From assembly GCF_004010195.1 (NCBI RefSeq), contig NC_057718.1, positions 91,187,986-91,251,985 of the forward strand: 64,000 nt of DNA, in the 5' to 3' direction. Positions 36,601-51,070 of this stretch are shown piece by piece. This stretch comes from Chiloscyllium plagiosum (lineage: Eukaryota). The position numbers were made by a program, and so were the translations under genes. A model generated the notes under the pieces. It made no database searches and had not been told where the DNA came from. It saw nothing but the letters and a program-made list of their open reading frames with translations. The stretch's first letter is position 1, and each line of letters starts with the position of its first letter.

Positions 36601-36737
36601 AGCCTCATTCCTGATGAAGGGCTTTCGCCTGAAACATTGATTCTCCTGCTCTTTGGATGCTGCCTGATCTGCTGTGCTTTTCCAGCACCATACTGTCAAC
36701 TCTAATCTCCAGCATCTACAGTCCCCACTATCGCCTC
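36601..36737 (+). mobile_element. Family A single-arm insertion with hammerhead-like core
   Basis: CTGATGA A GGGC TTTC GCCT GAAA CATT at 36611-36638. 9-bp TSD GAATTTTCT. Confidence 0.65.
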
Positions 36738-37799
36738 GAATTTTCTCATGTTTGCCCAAAGTGATGGAGTATTAATATTGTTCCATCGTGGACAATGTCC
36801 ATTTGTTTGCTTGGTACTTGCAAATGCTGAACTCTGGTTAGTCACTGAAGTCTGTTTCAATTTGCTAAAGTACCCTGTTAGTTTTTTTTAAACAACATAT
36901 CTTCATTCTTTTCTGCCACATACATTCTGAAGATGTTTTTAAATTTTAAACATACAATACACCTTAGTGCAAGTATATTTTATGAAAGTTTTCACTAAGA
37001 CTATGTGATAAAAGTTTGACGTACATATATATTTCTGAAGCCATTACCCAATTTGATTGCGTAGTGATTGTGGAAAACATGTTTCAATGCATTTAGGTTT
37101 CTTGAAATAGCCACAGGAAAAAATGAAGATTGGGCAGTAGATTTAAGGAAGTTTACATGAACTGAATTTTCAGATTATTAATTAGACTACAATGATGTGA
37201 AGAAGAATGTTTCTACATGGATATTAGGATCCTTCTTCTTTTGCCGTTCTGTAGACACAGGAAATTATGTGGACACAGGGAAAGGGAAAATTTGAGGAGA
37301 CATGGTGATTTGTAGTTTGTGATTCCAAGAATAGAACGCACACTTTTATGTAGGTAAATTTGTAAGAAGCATATTGTTAACATTTCTATTTAAAATATTC
37401 TGTGTTGTGCTTACTTTGGGTTCTTATTGTGATTATTCGGATAGTCATCTGCAGAGGGCGCTAAATACTTCCCTAAAGAATGTTTCACGCAGGATTTGAA
37501 TTCACATTAACCAATTAGTTCAATTAAAGTCAAATTCATGATGTTGAACATGGGTTTGGGGAAAATGCTGAAGACAATTTATTTTTGATTTTATTTTTTA
37601 TTCTGTAAGCCTGACTTTGTATGAGCCGAATCCATTTTTGACAATGCAGGGCCAAATTCGCAAACTAGCACACTGTGTACATATTGATATTTATCTTCAG
37701 ATTCATTATGCATTTTTTAAACAAACATGTACTGTGGCCTTCAGTATATAAAAATTAATGTATACAAACATTCTTTAGAATTCACAAGTTACTGAACAG

Positions 37800-40700
37800 C
37801 TGGGGAGGTGACAATGTAGAAATATTGTAATTGGATTAGGTAACACTCTGGTGATCAGAGTTCAAATTCCATCATGACAGATGGTAGAATTTGAATTCCA
37901 TAAAAAGTGGAAATTAAAAGTTTAAAAATGTTGTCCTTAACTTGTCTGGCTTACATGTGACTCTGCCATAATGGGATTGAATTTTAACTGCCCTTTGAAT
38001 GGCCTAACAGGCCTTGTATCAAACATCGCTCAAAATCCTGAAAGAAATGAGACCTGACACAGCGCCCAGCACCAACCTAGGTACTAGAAATGACAGTTAA
38101 CTCAAACATAGCTGTTTTGACCCTGCAAAGATTTTGTTGCTTTGTGCATCTGGGTCCCATGCATCGTGCCCTTAGATGGTAGTTCCATGTGTTCATCATG
38201 GAAGTTGTTTGGAGCAAGTGATGAACCAGGTATGCGCTGTATTTGCTTATTTAGTTTTCCCAGTGTTGTGCTTGTTTAGTGAGAATGGTAAGATGGGATG
38301 ATGAATATAAATGAGGTGAGTTGTGTTGTTGATAAAGCATTTAAGAATCATTGATGATTGTCAGTTGGCAACTTGCTACTGCCCAGCAAGACTCTCATCA
38401 CACAATTTCTGAAAAACATAAAAGGTGTTGCGAGTTTCTCCTGATGTCGAGAGGGGCCTCACTGCACTTGTCACCCTATTCTGCCGCGCATCTTGCTGTA
38501 GCTCATTTTGCTCAGACCCCCTTTGAGATTTGGCCCCAAGAGTGGCTTGGGAGCACCACTACTGACTGAGCTGGTCGAGCCCTAAAGGACGTAACTGCTA
38601 GACTGGGTATGAAGCAGATGGTGAGGAAATCAACAAGAGGAAAAAACATACTTGTCTGCATCATCACTGATCTGTCTGCTGTAGATGCATTTGTCCATGA
38701 CAGTATCAGTACAAGTGACCGTTGCACAGTCCTTGTGGAAACATAGTCCTCTCTTCACACTGGGGATAATTTCCATTGTGTTGTCTGGCTCTACCACCAT
38801 GAAAAATGAAATAAATTTCACACAAATGAAGTCATTCAAAACTGGGGGCATTTGTGAGGTGTTGTGTAAAATCAGCAGCAGCAACAGCAGAATTACATTC
38901 AACCTCACCTGCAACTCTATGTCTTGGCATTTCTCTCTATCTACCGTTACCATCAACCGAGGGGAGCAACCCTGTTCAATGAAGTGTGAGGAGGGCATGC
39001 CAGGAGTAGCACCAGGTATAGCTAAAAAAGCAATGACGCTGTAGCTCAGGACTTCTGCATTCCAAATATTATAAACAGCAACTGATAGACAAAGCTAAGT
39101 GATCACAGTCAATCAGTCGCACCTAAGCTGCACAGTCATAGTGGTGGACAATTGAGCAGTGCACTAAAGGAAACGTCTCCACAAATTACCCCATCTTCAC
39201 TGATGGTGGATCTCAGCACATCAGTTGGAAAGGGCAAACTGATGCATTTGCAACAATCTTAGGCAGAAGTGTCATAGAGTCATAGAGATGTACAGCATGG
39301 AAACAGACCCTTCACTCCAACTCGTCCATGCCAACCAGATACCCTAGCCCAATCTAGTCCCACCTGCCAGCACCCGGCCCATATCCCTCCAAACCCTTCC
39401 TATTCATATACCCATCCAAATGCCTCTTAAATGTTACAATTGTACCAGCCTCCACCACTTCCTCTGGCAGCTCATTCCATACACATACCACCCTCTGTGT
39501 GAAAAAGTTGCCCCGTAGGTCTCTTTCATATCTTTCCCCTCTCATCCTAAACCTTTGCCCTCTAGTTCTGGACTCCCCGATGCCAGGGAAAAGACTTTGC
39601 CTATTTACCTTATCCATGCCCCTCATAATTTTGTAAACCTCTATAAGGCCACCTCTCAGCCTCCAACGCTCCAGGGAAAACATCCCCAGCCTGTTCAGCC
39701 TCTCCCTGTAGCTCAGATCCTCCAACCCTGGCAACATCCTTGTAAATCTTTTCTGAATCCTTCCAAGTTTCACAACATCTTTCCGATAGGAAGGAGACCA
39801 GAATTGCACACAATATTCCAACAGTGGTCTAACTAGTGTCCTGTACTGCCGCAACATGACCTCCCAACTCCTGTACTCAATACTCTGACCAGTAAAGGAA
39901 AACATACCAAATGCCTTCTTCACTATCCTATCTACTTGCGACTCCACTTTCAAGGAGCTATGAACCTGCACACCAAGGTCTCTTTGTTCAGCAACACTCC
40001 CTAGGACCTTACCATTAAGTGTATAAGTCCTGCTAAGATTTGCTTTCCCAAAATTGCAGCACCTCGCATTTATCTGAATTAAACTCCATCTGCCACTTCT
40101 CAGCTCATTGGTCCATCTGATCAAGATCCTGTTGTAATCTGAGGTAACCCTCTTCACTGTCCACTACACCTCCTATTTTGGTGTCATCTGCAAACTTACT
40201 AACTGTACTGTGCTGAGTGGATGATCCATCTTGCTCTCGTCAAGCTGTTCAGAGCATCACAGATGTCAATTCAATTCATATAATACCAAGAAACAGCTGA
40301 AGGCAATGGATACTGCAAAGTTATGGGCCTATGCAATATTCTAGCAATAGTATTCTAGGCTTGTGGTCCAGACCTAGCTATGTCCCTAGCCACATTGTTC
40401 CAGTACAGCTACAAAAAAGGCATCTATGAACGGCACGGTGGTTAGCCCTGCTGCCTCACAACGCCAGAGACCTGGGTTCAATTCCCGCCTCATGCAACTG
40501 TCTGCATGGAGTTTGCACATTCTCCCTCTGTCTGCATGGGTTTCCTCCGGGTGCTCCGGTTTCCTCCCACAGTCCACAAACATGCGGGTTAGGTGAATTG
40601 GCCATGCTAAATTACCTGTAGTGTTAGGTGCAGGGGAATGGGTCTGGGTGGGTTGCTCTTTGGAAGGTCAGTGTGGACTTGTTGAGTCGAAGGGCCTGTT

Positions 40701-42000
40701 TCCACACTGTAAGTAATTAATCTAATCTACTTGGTAATGTGGAAAGTTGTCCAACTATTTACACAAAAAGCAGAACAAATCCATCCCAGTCAATTATTGT
40801 TTCATAAGTTTACTCTTGATCATAAATAAAGTAAAGGAAGGGGTCATCAACAGTACTATCAAGCAACACTTATTAACGGTGACCTGTTCATTGATGTTGA
40901 GTTTGGATTCTGCCAGGGCCACTCAGTTCCTGGCCTTATATTCTTGGTTCACATATGGACAAAAGATCTGAAATACAGCGGTAAGGTAAGAGTGACTGTC
41001 TTGACATAAAGACTGTATTTGACCAAGTGTGCCAACAAGGCCGTCTAACAAAACTGGAGTCAATAGGAATTGGGAAAACTCTCTGCTAGTTGGATTCATG
41101 GTGTTTGCTGGAATCCTACCAGTAATATCCAGGACGTCTCTGTAGAGGTTTCTCGGGAAAGTATCCTAGACCGAACTATCTTCAGCAACTTGATCAATAA
41201 CCTGACTTCCATCATTAGGTCTCAAGTGGGCATGTTCGCTTATATATGCACAATATTCAGCACAATTCATGACATGTCAGATACTGAAGCAATCAATGTC
41301 AAATTGCAGCAGACCTGAACAATATCCAGGTTTGGATTGACAACTAGTAAGTAACATTTGTGCCAAACAAGTGCCAAGCAATGACTTCAACCAAAGATTA
41401 TGACATCTAGTGGCATTATAACTGCTGAATCCCCAACTATCAGCATCTTGAGGGTTACTGTTGACTAGACACTGAACTGGACAAGCCATTTAAATACTGT
41501 GCCCATTCCTCAAAGCCTGGCAAGCATCTATAAGGCAGTTTGGGAGTGTGATAAAATACTCCCATTTGCCTGGATGAATGCAGCTCCAACAATAATTAAG
41601 TTTGACACCATCTAGGAAAATGTAGTGATACCACATCCACAAACATTCACTCTTTCTAAAACCAATGCACAGTAGCAGCAGTGTATACCATTTAAATATA
41701 CACCAGCGATCCTTAGACAACACTTTCAAAGCCCAGTCACTACCATTTAGAGGGACAACAGCAGCAGATGCAAGGAACACCACTACCTACAAATTCCCCT
41801 CCAAGCCATTCATCATTCGGACTTGAGTATATACTGCCACTCCTTCATTGTTGGTGGATGAAAATTCGGGAATTCACTCCTTGACAGCATTTTGGGTCTA
41901 CCAAATACCAAGGTTTGCTGTATTTCAGGAAGGTAGCTCACCATCACCTCGAGGCAGCTAGAAATGTGCGATAAATACTGGTTCAGCCAGTAACTGAATG
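37800..42000 (+). mobile_element. Decayed L2/CR1-group LINE with nested CR1 (39272-40210, minus) and HE1 SINE
   Basis: EN and RT remnants. The 3' tail is shared with the SINE at 1605-1925. The nested CR1 ORF is 39354..40157. Confidence 0.6.
40431..40728 (+). mobile_element. HE1-like V-SINE
   Basis: Same structure as 5809-6126. Confidence 0.85.
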
Positions 42001-43389
42001 ATGGATTTTGTTTTTTGAAAATTTAGAGTCCCTCACAACGCAAATGTTGGTCAAGCTGTGCCGAGGGTGTGACCATTTTTGGAGTTTATAGTGCTTGCCT
42101 TGTAAGATCTGGCCTATATTGGGTAAACAGCAGTCTGAGAAGTTAATTCTATTAGTGTCCATAAAAGTGCATGTGCTCTCCACTGGTAGATTCATGCCTT
42201 GTGACTGGCCCCCAAAGACCTGGGACCAATTCCATCATTTTCTGAGGACCAAGAGGAGTATTAATAATTTACACTTTCTTTTCCAAACTGGTCAACCACA
42301 TAGAGTCTTACTGAACTATACTCATGATAAATGTTTCGTATTCTGGGAGTGCAAATAAGAGTTGTGGGTTGGGAGAGAGCTGGCAAGACACATAATTCAA
42401 ATGAGCACAAAAGAAGGATGACAAGTGTCACTTAAACCTAGTGGTCTCATGCAAATGAAGTGCACTAAACTACAGTGTACATGGGAAGAAATTGTGCAGG
42501 CAAGACTCCAGCACAATTGGAAGGATTGGAGCCCAAAGAATTTTGGAGTCAATATTTACTGAAACGTCATTGAAAGTATGTATATCTAGATAGTAATAAT
42601 CTTTTCAACAGAGGATGGAACTCCCGTTATGTACTGTCAATTCTGAAGTAGTTTAGTCAGGCTTGAAATTGGCCTCCTCCATTCATTAGGGTCCAATCTT
42701 TCTTAACTTTCAGAGTTGGAGAGTCTAAAATACTGAAGCTAAGTAAAAATGAAGGTAGTCGTATGATGGCCGGCTAAGAAACTACCTGAAGGTGGGTGTA
42801 TAACCAAGCATAGGGAATTACTGGTCAATAAGGGCATTAGCACTATAGGGGGCGAGAGCATAAGAACTCAGGAACACATAAGAAATTAGAGTATGATAAT
42901 ATGGCCCAATAAGCCTCCTCTGCCATTTAATGCAATCATAGCAGACCTTAGGCTTTAATTTCACTTCTCTGCCTACTCCCCAAACTCTTTGATTCCATGA
43001 GAAGCAAAAACTATATCTGTCCCATCCTTAGATATACTTCAAATGACGGAGCATCCATAATTCTCTGGCTAGAGGTCTACATATAAATCTCTTTACACTG
43101 ATCTGCTAGAGACTTGAGAAGACACAAAATTGATTAAAAATAACTTTTGCATTTGCTTTCTACTTTACAAGATGTAAGAGGAAGTTATTCCAGCTTTGAC
43201 TGCTCAATCACTCAAGTGTCAGTAATTTGGCCATGGCACTGCAAAGTCCAAGAGGAGCACTAATTGCATTTCATGTGATAAAGGCTACATAACATATTTG
43301 TGTTCTATATCAAAGCATAATACTAGATTGACAACTTTGTCAACTCTACTCTGTGTATCCACAAAATTTCCACTATATAGAAGGTCGCA

Positions 43390-44435
43390 TTGATCATTGA
43401 GGTGCTAGGACATGTGGAAAGAACAGTTCATAAGCAGACAGTGCTTTCAGCATTATTAAGAAGTACATAAAATAAAAGTGCTTGGAGACGATGTTGAACA
43501 TCACTTCTCAGACCTCAGCTGCTGTATTGTGTACAATTTTAGGTAATACCTTATAGTAAAGTAAGAACCAAAATTGCCATAGTCCCAGAGGATTGCACCC
43601 TCATTAGAGAAATGACAGGTGGTGGTTAACCTGAGGTTCCTCGCTTGAGCTGTGGTGACCAAGGTTGAGAAGATGGATCTTCATAGTAATCTCAGCTGGT
43701 GTGGGACTTGAGCCTGTGTTTAGGCCTTGCAAGCTGATCATCTGACCAACAGAGATAACCAGTTCCCATTATATGAAAAATATGAATGTACAGTATTGGA
43801 GAGAGTGCAGAAGCATGTTCCAAGAATGAGAATTAAAGAAGTTGTGAGTGTGCTCCTTGGAAGGAAATCTCAGAGTAGAATTGATAGAAATTTTCAAAAT
43901 CATGAGCAGGCAGGATAGAGTAGATAGGGAGAAGCTATTCCCAGTCATAAACAAAATGATCAAGAGGGCATAGATTTAAAGTGATATGCAAATTAAACAA
44001 AGGTGATGTGAGAAAAAAACTTTTTCACACAGCGGGTAGTTGGGAATGGAATGCACTACCTGGAAATATGGTGGAAATAAGGTACCTCTTTGGGTACACC
44101 TGGGAATCTGTGTACAACTTGTGTTTGAAATTTTGCGTTTGGTTTTTCAAAGTGAAGTTATTATCTGAGTTTTCGTTCAAACCTATTTGCATAATCACAC
44201 ATGTAAAATCATTTATGAACTTTGCAAACATACAGCATTTTTAAAGCAATAATTGGTGTACTTTTAAAATATGATGGCAAGTTCAATTGAGGTATTCAAA
44301 AGGGCATTGATGATTATTTGAATAAAAATGATGGGATATGGAGAAAAGGCAGGAGATTGGCAGTAGGTAATAGGACTCGTGCAGATACAATGGGCCAAAT
44401 GGCCTCTTTGGCACTGTAACAATTTGATGATTCTG
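43390..44435 (+). mobile_element. Decayed CR1 3' fragment with internal insertions
   Basis: VLERVQK and CR1 3' UTR similarity. Interrupted by a tRNA-SINE-like piece (~43560-43760) and a local duplication. Confidence 0.55.
44086..44268 (+). repeat. Direct copy of 44817-44996 inserted in a CR1 3' end
   Basis: ~180-bp diverged direct repeat. Both copies contain ATTTGCATAAT. Confidence 0.85.
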
Positions 44436-45361
44436 TATCACAAATATTGAGAAGTCAAATCATGTAGTAAATAAGGGTAAAAATCAAACATATGTGAAAG
44501 TGTCTGAGGTAACGACTTGGATCACAATATCTTACAAAAGTACAAACAACAGCACGACAGGCAGCATTTTGATGATGATGCAGTAAACAGACTTAAATGT
44601 TCAAAGCATGTCATCAATCCAGATTATGGACTGCTCATTTTCGTTAGATTAGCAATCAAACATTATGGCGACAACACAAAAGATTTGCTGGCATTTATCA
44701 AGCAACATGATAAGCCATTAGTGAGCCTCAGTTGAGTACACTCATGGCTGTAACAAATCAGGTTTATCAAAATAAGAGCTTGTCAGTGAAGGAAATAAAC
44801 ATGTTGGTGTAGTTTTCTCTTTGGGTACTCTGGGAATCTGGGTACAATTTGTGTTTGAACTTGCATTGGTTTTTCAAAGTGAAATTATTATCTAAGTTTT
44901 CATTCAAACCTATTTGCATAATCACACATGTAAAATCATTTATGAACCTTGAAACATACAATATTATTAAAAATAATAATAGGTGTACTTTAAAAAGTAA
45001 ACCTTGCACAGATTTCTTAACATAGCTGAAAATTGTTTTAAAACAAATATAAGCATTTTTAAAACATAGCTAGTCCATCATGTGTGAAATCATTTGAACA
45101 GACTTTAAAAAAAACTGTATTGAACCATTTTCTAATTTTGTTGGTGTAAATTAGTCCGTTTCTTAATACATTCAACAGTTTCAAATTTAAGATGTTTAAA
45201 ACAGCAATTCTGCTTTATGATTAAAAGTAACAGCTTAATTTGGTCTGACACCTTGACAGATTATTAACAGAAACTCACCATGCCCATTATTTTGAATTGG
45301 GAAGCAGGCAGATGTTTGAACTGTGCTTTAAGTGTCTCTGCAGTAGCCGGTGTGCCCTGTA

Positions 45362-46550
45362 ATGAAAACATAAGAAATAAGAGCAGGAGCCTGCTGCACC
45401 ATTCAATAAAATTATGTCTGATTTTTTCATAGGCTCAGATCTACTCACCCACCTGCTTACCATATCCTTTCATTTTTCTACTGTTCAAAAATTCATCTAT
45501 CTTTGAACTAAAACCATTCAATGAGGTAGCCTCAACAGCTTCACTGGACAGAGAATTCCATAGGTTCACAACCCTCTGGGTGAAGAAGTTCCTCTTCAAC
45601 TCAGTCCTAAATCTGCTTCCCCTTATTTTGAGGCAATGCCCCCTATTTCTAGTTCCCTGCTTCTATCTTATCTATTCACTTCATACTTTTATATGTTTCT
45701 ACAAGATACCCCTCCCACCTCATTCTTTTAAATTCCAGTAAGTTTAATCCCAGTCTACTCGATCTCTCCTCATAAGCCAACCCTCTCAATTCAGAATCAA
45801 CCTAGTGAACCTTTTCTGTACTCCCTGTAGTGCCAGAATATCCTTTCTCAAGTAAGGAGACTGAAACTGTACTCCAGGTGAGGCCTCGCCAGCAACCTAT
45901 ACAGCTGTAGTATCATCTCCCTATTTTTAAACTCCATCCACCTAGCAATGCAAGACAATAATCCATTTGCCTTCTTAATTACCTGCTGCACCTGCAAACC
46001 AACGTTTTGTGACTCATGCACAAGGACACCCAGGTCCCTCTGCACAACAGCATACTGTAATCTGTCATCGTCTAAATAATAGTCAATTTTGCTATTATTC
46101 CTACCAGAATGCATGACCTCACATTTACCAAAATTGTAATTCATCTGTCAGACCCTTGCCCATTCACTTAACCTATCTGCATCTCTTTGCAGACTTTCAG
46201 TGTCTTCTGCACACTTTGCTATACCACTCATTTTAGTGTCATTTGCAAACTTTGAAACACTGCACTTGGTCCCCAACTGTCAATCATCTATGTAAATTGT
46301 AAACAATTGTGGTCCCAGCACTAATCCCTGAGGCACACCACTAGCCAACCAGAAAACCTTGCATTTATCCCCACTCTTTGCTTTCTGTTAGTTAATACAT
46401 TTTCTGTCCGTGCTTTATCTTATCTTATGCAGCAACCTTTTGTGTGGTGCCTTCTGGACCTCCAACCACACCATATCTACCAGTTCTCCATTGTCCACTG
46501 TGCTCCTAATGTCCTCAAAGAATTCCACTGCATTAATTAACCATTCCAGT
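45362..46550 (-). mobile_element. CR1 LINE 3' fragment
   Basis: QRDLGVLVHES...LYRLLARPHLEY (ORF 45848..46144). Confidence 0.85.
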
Positions 46551-46699
46551 AAATTAGCTAAACAAATTCATGCAGGAATGAGCTTCCTAAACACCCTGCC
46601 AGTGTATTGGAGAGGCGCCAAGATGGCTGTAATGGGCCGGCAAGTGCCTGATGTCAATGTTTGTGGAAAGAACGGAGTGTACAGCTGGTGCGCATGCAT

Positions 46700-47240
46700 C
46701 ATGTCCTGAGATGGTATTTCCACTGTCTGGCATGAAAGTTGTTTGGAGCAAGTGATGAACAGAAGCCGCCAGGTGTGAGCTGTGGTTTACATATTGAGTT
46801 TTCCCAATATCGTTCTTGCTTAGTGATCTTGGTAAGATGGGAGTCTGACTGTTAGTGAGGTGAGTTGTGCTGTTAATAAAACATTTAAGAATCAATGATG
46901 ACCATCAGTTAGCAACTCACCACTGCCTAGAAAAATCTCACCATGCCATTTATGAAAAGCATAAAAGGTATTGCAAATTTCTTCCGATGTCAAGAGAGGC
47001 CTCACTGCACTTGTCACCCTATTCACCACACATCTTGCTGGAGCTCATATTGCTCAGACTCCCTATAAGATTGGTCCCAAGAGTGGCTTGGTAGCACCAC
47101 TACTGACTAAGCTGGTTGAGCCCTAAAGGACTTAGCTGTTATACTGGGTCTGCGGTAGATGGTGAGGAAACCAACAAGAGGAAAAAACCATACTTGACTA
47201 CATTCTCATTCAGCTGCCCGCTGTAGATGCATCTGTCTGG
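46700..47240 (+). repeat. ~540-bp dispersed repeat, second copy of ~38160-38700
   Basis: Colinear similarity, including the junction into LINE endonuclease sequence. Confidence 0.8.
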
Positions 47241-47419
47241 ATGTGAGGAATGTCACTAAAGATCATGTCTGTCTATTATGCACAAAGGAACTTTTACAAT
47301 ACAGAACTTATTCAAAAGTAATCTCCTATTGGGACCAAAATGGTAGTCCTGGAAGACTTCAATATCCATGTTAGGTGCCCCTCAGTGTTGGAGCCAAAAA
47401 GCACCTGCTGAAATAAAGA

Positions 47420-47800
47420 CTTGTATTTACAATTGATCTTAGGACCAGTCAAAGTGTTTTACAGCCAATGCTATAGCATAGGAACTGCAACCACCAATTA
47501 GCAAAGTCTCAAAAACATTTATGTGATAATGGCCACATAATCTGTTTATCACTGAAATGTTTTGAGGGATAAACTTGGTTAAGTCACTTAGTAGGAGTCC
47601 TCTGTTGGTTGAAATAATCTCTTAGGACTTTTTATATCTATCAGAATGAGGAGACAAGCTTGGTTTAATTTATGATCTGAAAGGCATCATCTCCAATTCT
47701 GTCAATACTGCACTGGATATTAGTCTAGGTTATGTTCTCGACTCTTGTGTATGGGGCTTGAGTCCAGAGCTTTCTGACTCAGATACAAAAATCATTGTGC
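47420..47800 (-). mobile_element. Ancient Deu-domain SINE remnant (related copies ~27190-27680 and ~18000-18120)
   Basis: Degenerate match to the AmnSINE/SacSINE-type ...TACTGCACTG..TAGTCTAGGTTATGT segment, recognised from memory. Confidence 0.45.
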
Positions 47801-49394
47801 TGTAGCTAATATCAAGATTTGCCTTGAGTAAAAGCAAAGTATTGTGGATGCTAGAAAGCTGAAAAAAATTTACCTCTGGGGGCAGGAAATGATTGCCCTA
47901 ACCTGGGTGAAGGAAGCATCAACAACCCTCAATTTTTCATGGTTTCTGAACATCTGCTGTGAATGGAGACAGGGCTGAAAGAGTCTGGAGTTCTGAAGAA
48001 TGGTCACGAGACCCAAAATGTTAACTCTGATTTCTGTCCATAGATGCTGCCAGACCAACTGAATTTTCCCAGCAATTTCTGTTTTTGTTTCTGAAAGGGT
48101 CTGAATCTGATTTAAAAATATCATAGCATCTATTACTGTGGTTACTGTTTTATTGCACTTCCCGCTGATGGAAAAAGGTTTAGGAGAGTCAAAGGCCTTC
48201 AAACTGAGGTGAGAGAGCTCCTCATTTCATGGATGTGGACTTGGAGATCCTCCTTGAGGCAGTGAGGAGAGAAGGAAGGACCTGTAACCAAAAGATGTCG
48301 GGAAAAGGTTAGTCTCCCGAATCAAGACCTTTGGATGGAATTGCTGGGCCTGTGAGCAGATAGCATGGTTAACAGAAATGACCCAGTGTAGAAGGAAGTT
48401 CATTGATCTTATTCACTCTGGAAAGGTGAGTTACATGCTAAACTTTCAGGCCAGGTTTCTGTGTGTTCACCTTCCAGCAGTTGCTCCATCTGAAGAGCAA
48501 GAGGACACATGCTTCTTGACCATGAGAGTAATGTGCGCCCAAGGCACTGACCGGGAATGAATCGGAACCATTGCACTGTTGAGTACCTGCCATCACTGAC
48601 TCATACAACTTATAATGAATAGGAGTATTTGGCCATGGAAGCCAGCACTTCCTTGTTGGCACTCATTCTTTTGTCCTTGGAGGAGCAACATAATACTAGA
48701 GAGTAGTTTCAAACTGGAGGAGACCCTTCATACCTGCACTTCATCACCACAGTGGAAACGTGAGCCAGGGACATCGTCTAGGCTTGTTGTGGTGATTAGA
48801 TAGTACAGTTCATTCATGACAGGGGTGCATTGTACTTCACCATTTTCTAATGGATGTCAAAGCACAGCTGCATCGGGAAGCCTCAGCACTGTAGAGTCTT
48901 CTCCTCTCCAAATGTGCTTCTCAGAATTTCCTCAAACTGGTGTCCATCGAAGTCATGTGTGCCACTATGGCTCAGAACTTTAAATACATCAGCTACCCTC
49001 ATGTCCTCATCTGGATGTTATTGCTGTGAAATCACAGATATGATCTGCATGGAAACCTGATGTGAAAGGACCATCCTATGTTGCTCATTGGCCTTGGTGG
49101 AAGAAGTTTTTACATTTCAAATATGCTGAGCCACATGTCATGGCATTCTGACCTCTACCTCCGGGCATGATGCATCCATTGTTCCTCTCTCAGCTATGGA
49201 GGGTGAGCAGCTGTGGCTCTCTTGTATCTTCACTACATCATGAGGGAACCTATGGTTGGCAGCTCCAGAATACGGATCAGCTCCATATTTGCTAGATGCT
49301 GATGCTGGGCCTTGCCTTGTGGATGCATTCAATTTGTGTAATAGCCCTGTGTGCAATGGATAGAAGGATAGCCATAACTACTATGAGCCCTGGA

Positions 49395-51070
49395 TTCATA
49401 GAGTCATACAACATGGAAACAGACACTTTGGTCTAACTCATCTGTGCCAACCAGATATCCCAATCTGACCTAGTCCCATTTGCCAGCATTTGGCCCAGAT
49501 CCCTCCAAACCCTTCCTATTCAAATTCCCATCCAGATGCCTTTTAAATGCTGTAAATTGTATCCGCCCCCACCACTTCCTTGTGCAGCTTGTTCCAGACA
49601 CGCACCAGCCTCTGCATGAAGAAGTTACCCCTCAGGTCCTGTTGAAATCTTTCCCATCTCACCTTAAACCTCAGTTTTAAACTCTCACCCTAGGAAAAAT
49701 AACTTAACTGTTCACCCTATCCATGCCCCTTATGATTTTATAAATTTCTGTAAAGTCACCCCTCAGCCTCTGACCCACCAGGGAGAAGAGCCCCAGCCTA
49801 TTCAACATCTCTCTATAGCTCAAACCCTCCAGTCCTGGCACAATCCTTGTAAATTTCTTCCGGACTCTCTTTCGAGTTTAACACATTTTCCCATGGAAGG
49901 GTGACCAGAATTGTAGGCAGTATTCGAAAAGTAGCCTCATCAGTGTTCTGTAAAGCTGCAAGATGACTATCCAACTCCTATATGCGATTTCTGACCAACA
50001 AATGCATGCATGCCAAATGCCTTCTTCACCATCCTGTCCACGTCCAACTCCACTTTCAAGGAATAATGCACTTGCACCCTAGCTCTCTTTGTTCGCCAAC
50101 ACTCTCCCATGCTGTACCATTAATTGATTAAGTCCTGCCCTGGTTTGCCTTACCAAAATGCAACACCTCACATTTATCAAAATTAGACTACATCTGCCAC
50201 TCTTCAGCCCATTGGCCCATCTGATCAAGGTCTCATTGTACTCTGAAATAATCTTCTTCACTGTCCACTATGTCAACTATTTTGGTGTCATCTGTCAAGA
50301 TTAGAATGGTGCTGGAAATGCATAGCAGGTCAGGCAGCATCCAAGGAACAGGAAGATCGACGTTTCGGGCTAGGGCGCTTCATGGCTTCTGCCCGAAACG
50401 TCGATTTTCCTGCTCCTCGGACGCTGCCTGACCTGCTGTGCTTTTCCAGCACCACTCTAATCTTGACTCTAATCTCCAGCATCTGCAGTTCTCACTTCGT
50501 CTTGTTGGTGTCATCTGTCTACTAGCCATGTCTCCTATAATCACATCCAAATCATTTATATAAATGATGAAAAACAATGGACCCAGCGTCAATCCTTGTG
50601 GCACATCCCTGATCACGGGCCTCCAGTCCGAATTGCAACCCTCTAGCACCACTCTTTGTCTCCTACTTTCAAGCCAAATTTGTATCCAGTTGGCTAGCTC
50701 CCCCAGATCCCACATGATATAAACTTACTAGCCAGTCTAGTATGCAGAATCTTGTCAAACGCTTTACTGAAATCCATATAGACAATGTCTACCGCTTTAC
50801 CTATATCAATCTTCTTTGTCACCTCTTCCAAAACCTCAGTCAAGTTAGAGCGACCTGCCCTGTGACGTAGTTCTGGTGTCCCCTACCCCAGGAAAAACAC
50901 CTTGGCTATTCACTCGATCCATGCATCTCATTATTTTATATACTTGTGTAAGGTTCCCCCTCAGATTCCAAGGCTTCAGGGAAAAAAGCCCCAGCCTATT
51001 CAGCTTCTCCCTATAACTCAAACTCTCTCACGCACAAAGCCACGTTGACTATCTCTAATCAGTCCTCCAT
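49395..51070 (-). mobile_element. CR1 LINE 3' fragment
   Basis: WIQIWLESRRQRV...PQG..LGPLFFIIYINDLD (ORF 50380..50715). Confidence 0.85.
50297..50504 (+). mobile_element. Family A fold-back insertion inside CR1
   Basis: 15-bp TSD TTGGTGTCATCTGTC (50282-50296, 50505-50519) and inverted arms. Confidence 0.72.

Noticed and set aside
39354-40157. 267-aa ORF as a host gene
   Set aside because: It is the C-terminus of CR1 ORF2 in a 5'-truncated copy.
40431-40500. tRNA gene (A/B boxes)
   Set aside because: It is the tRNA-derived head of an HE1-like SINE and has no complete cloverleaf.
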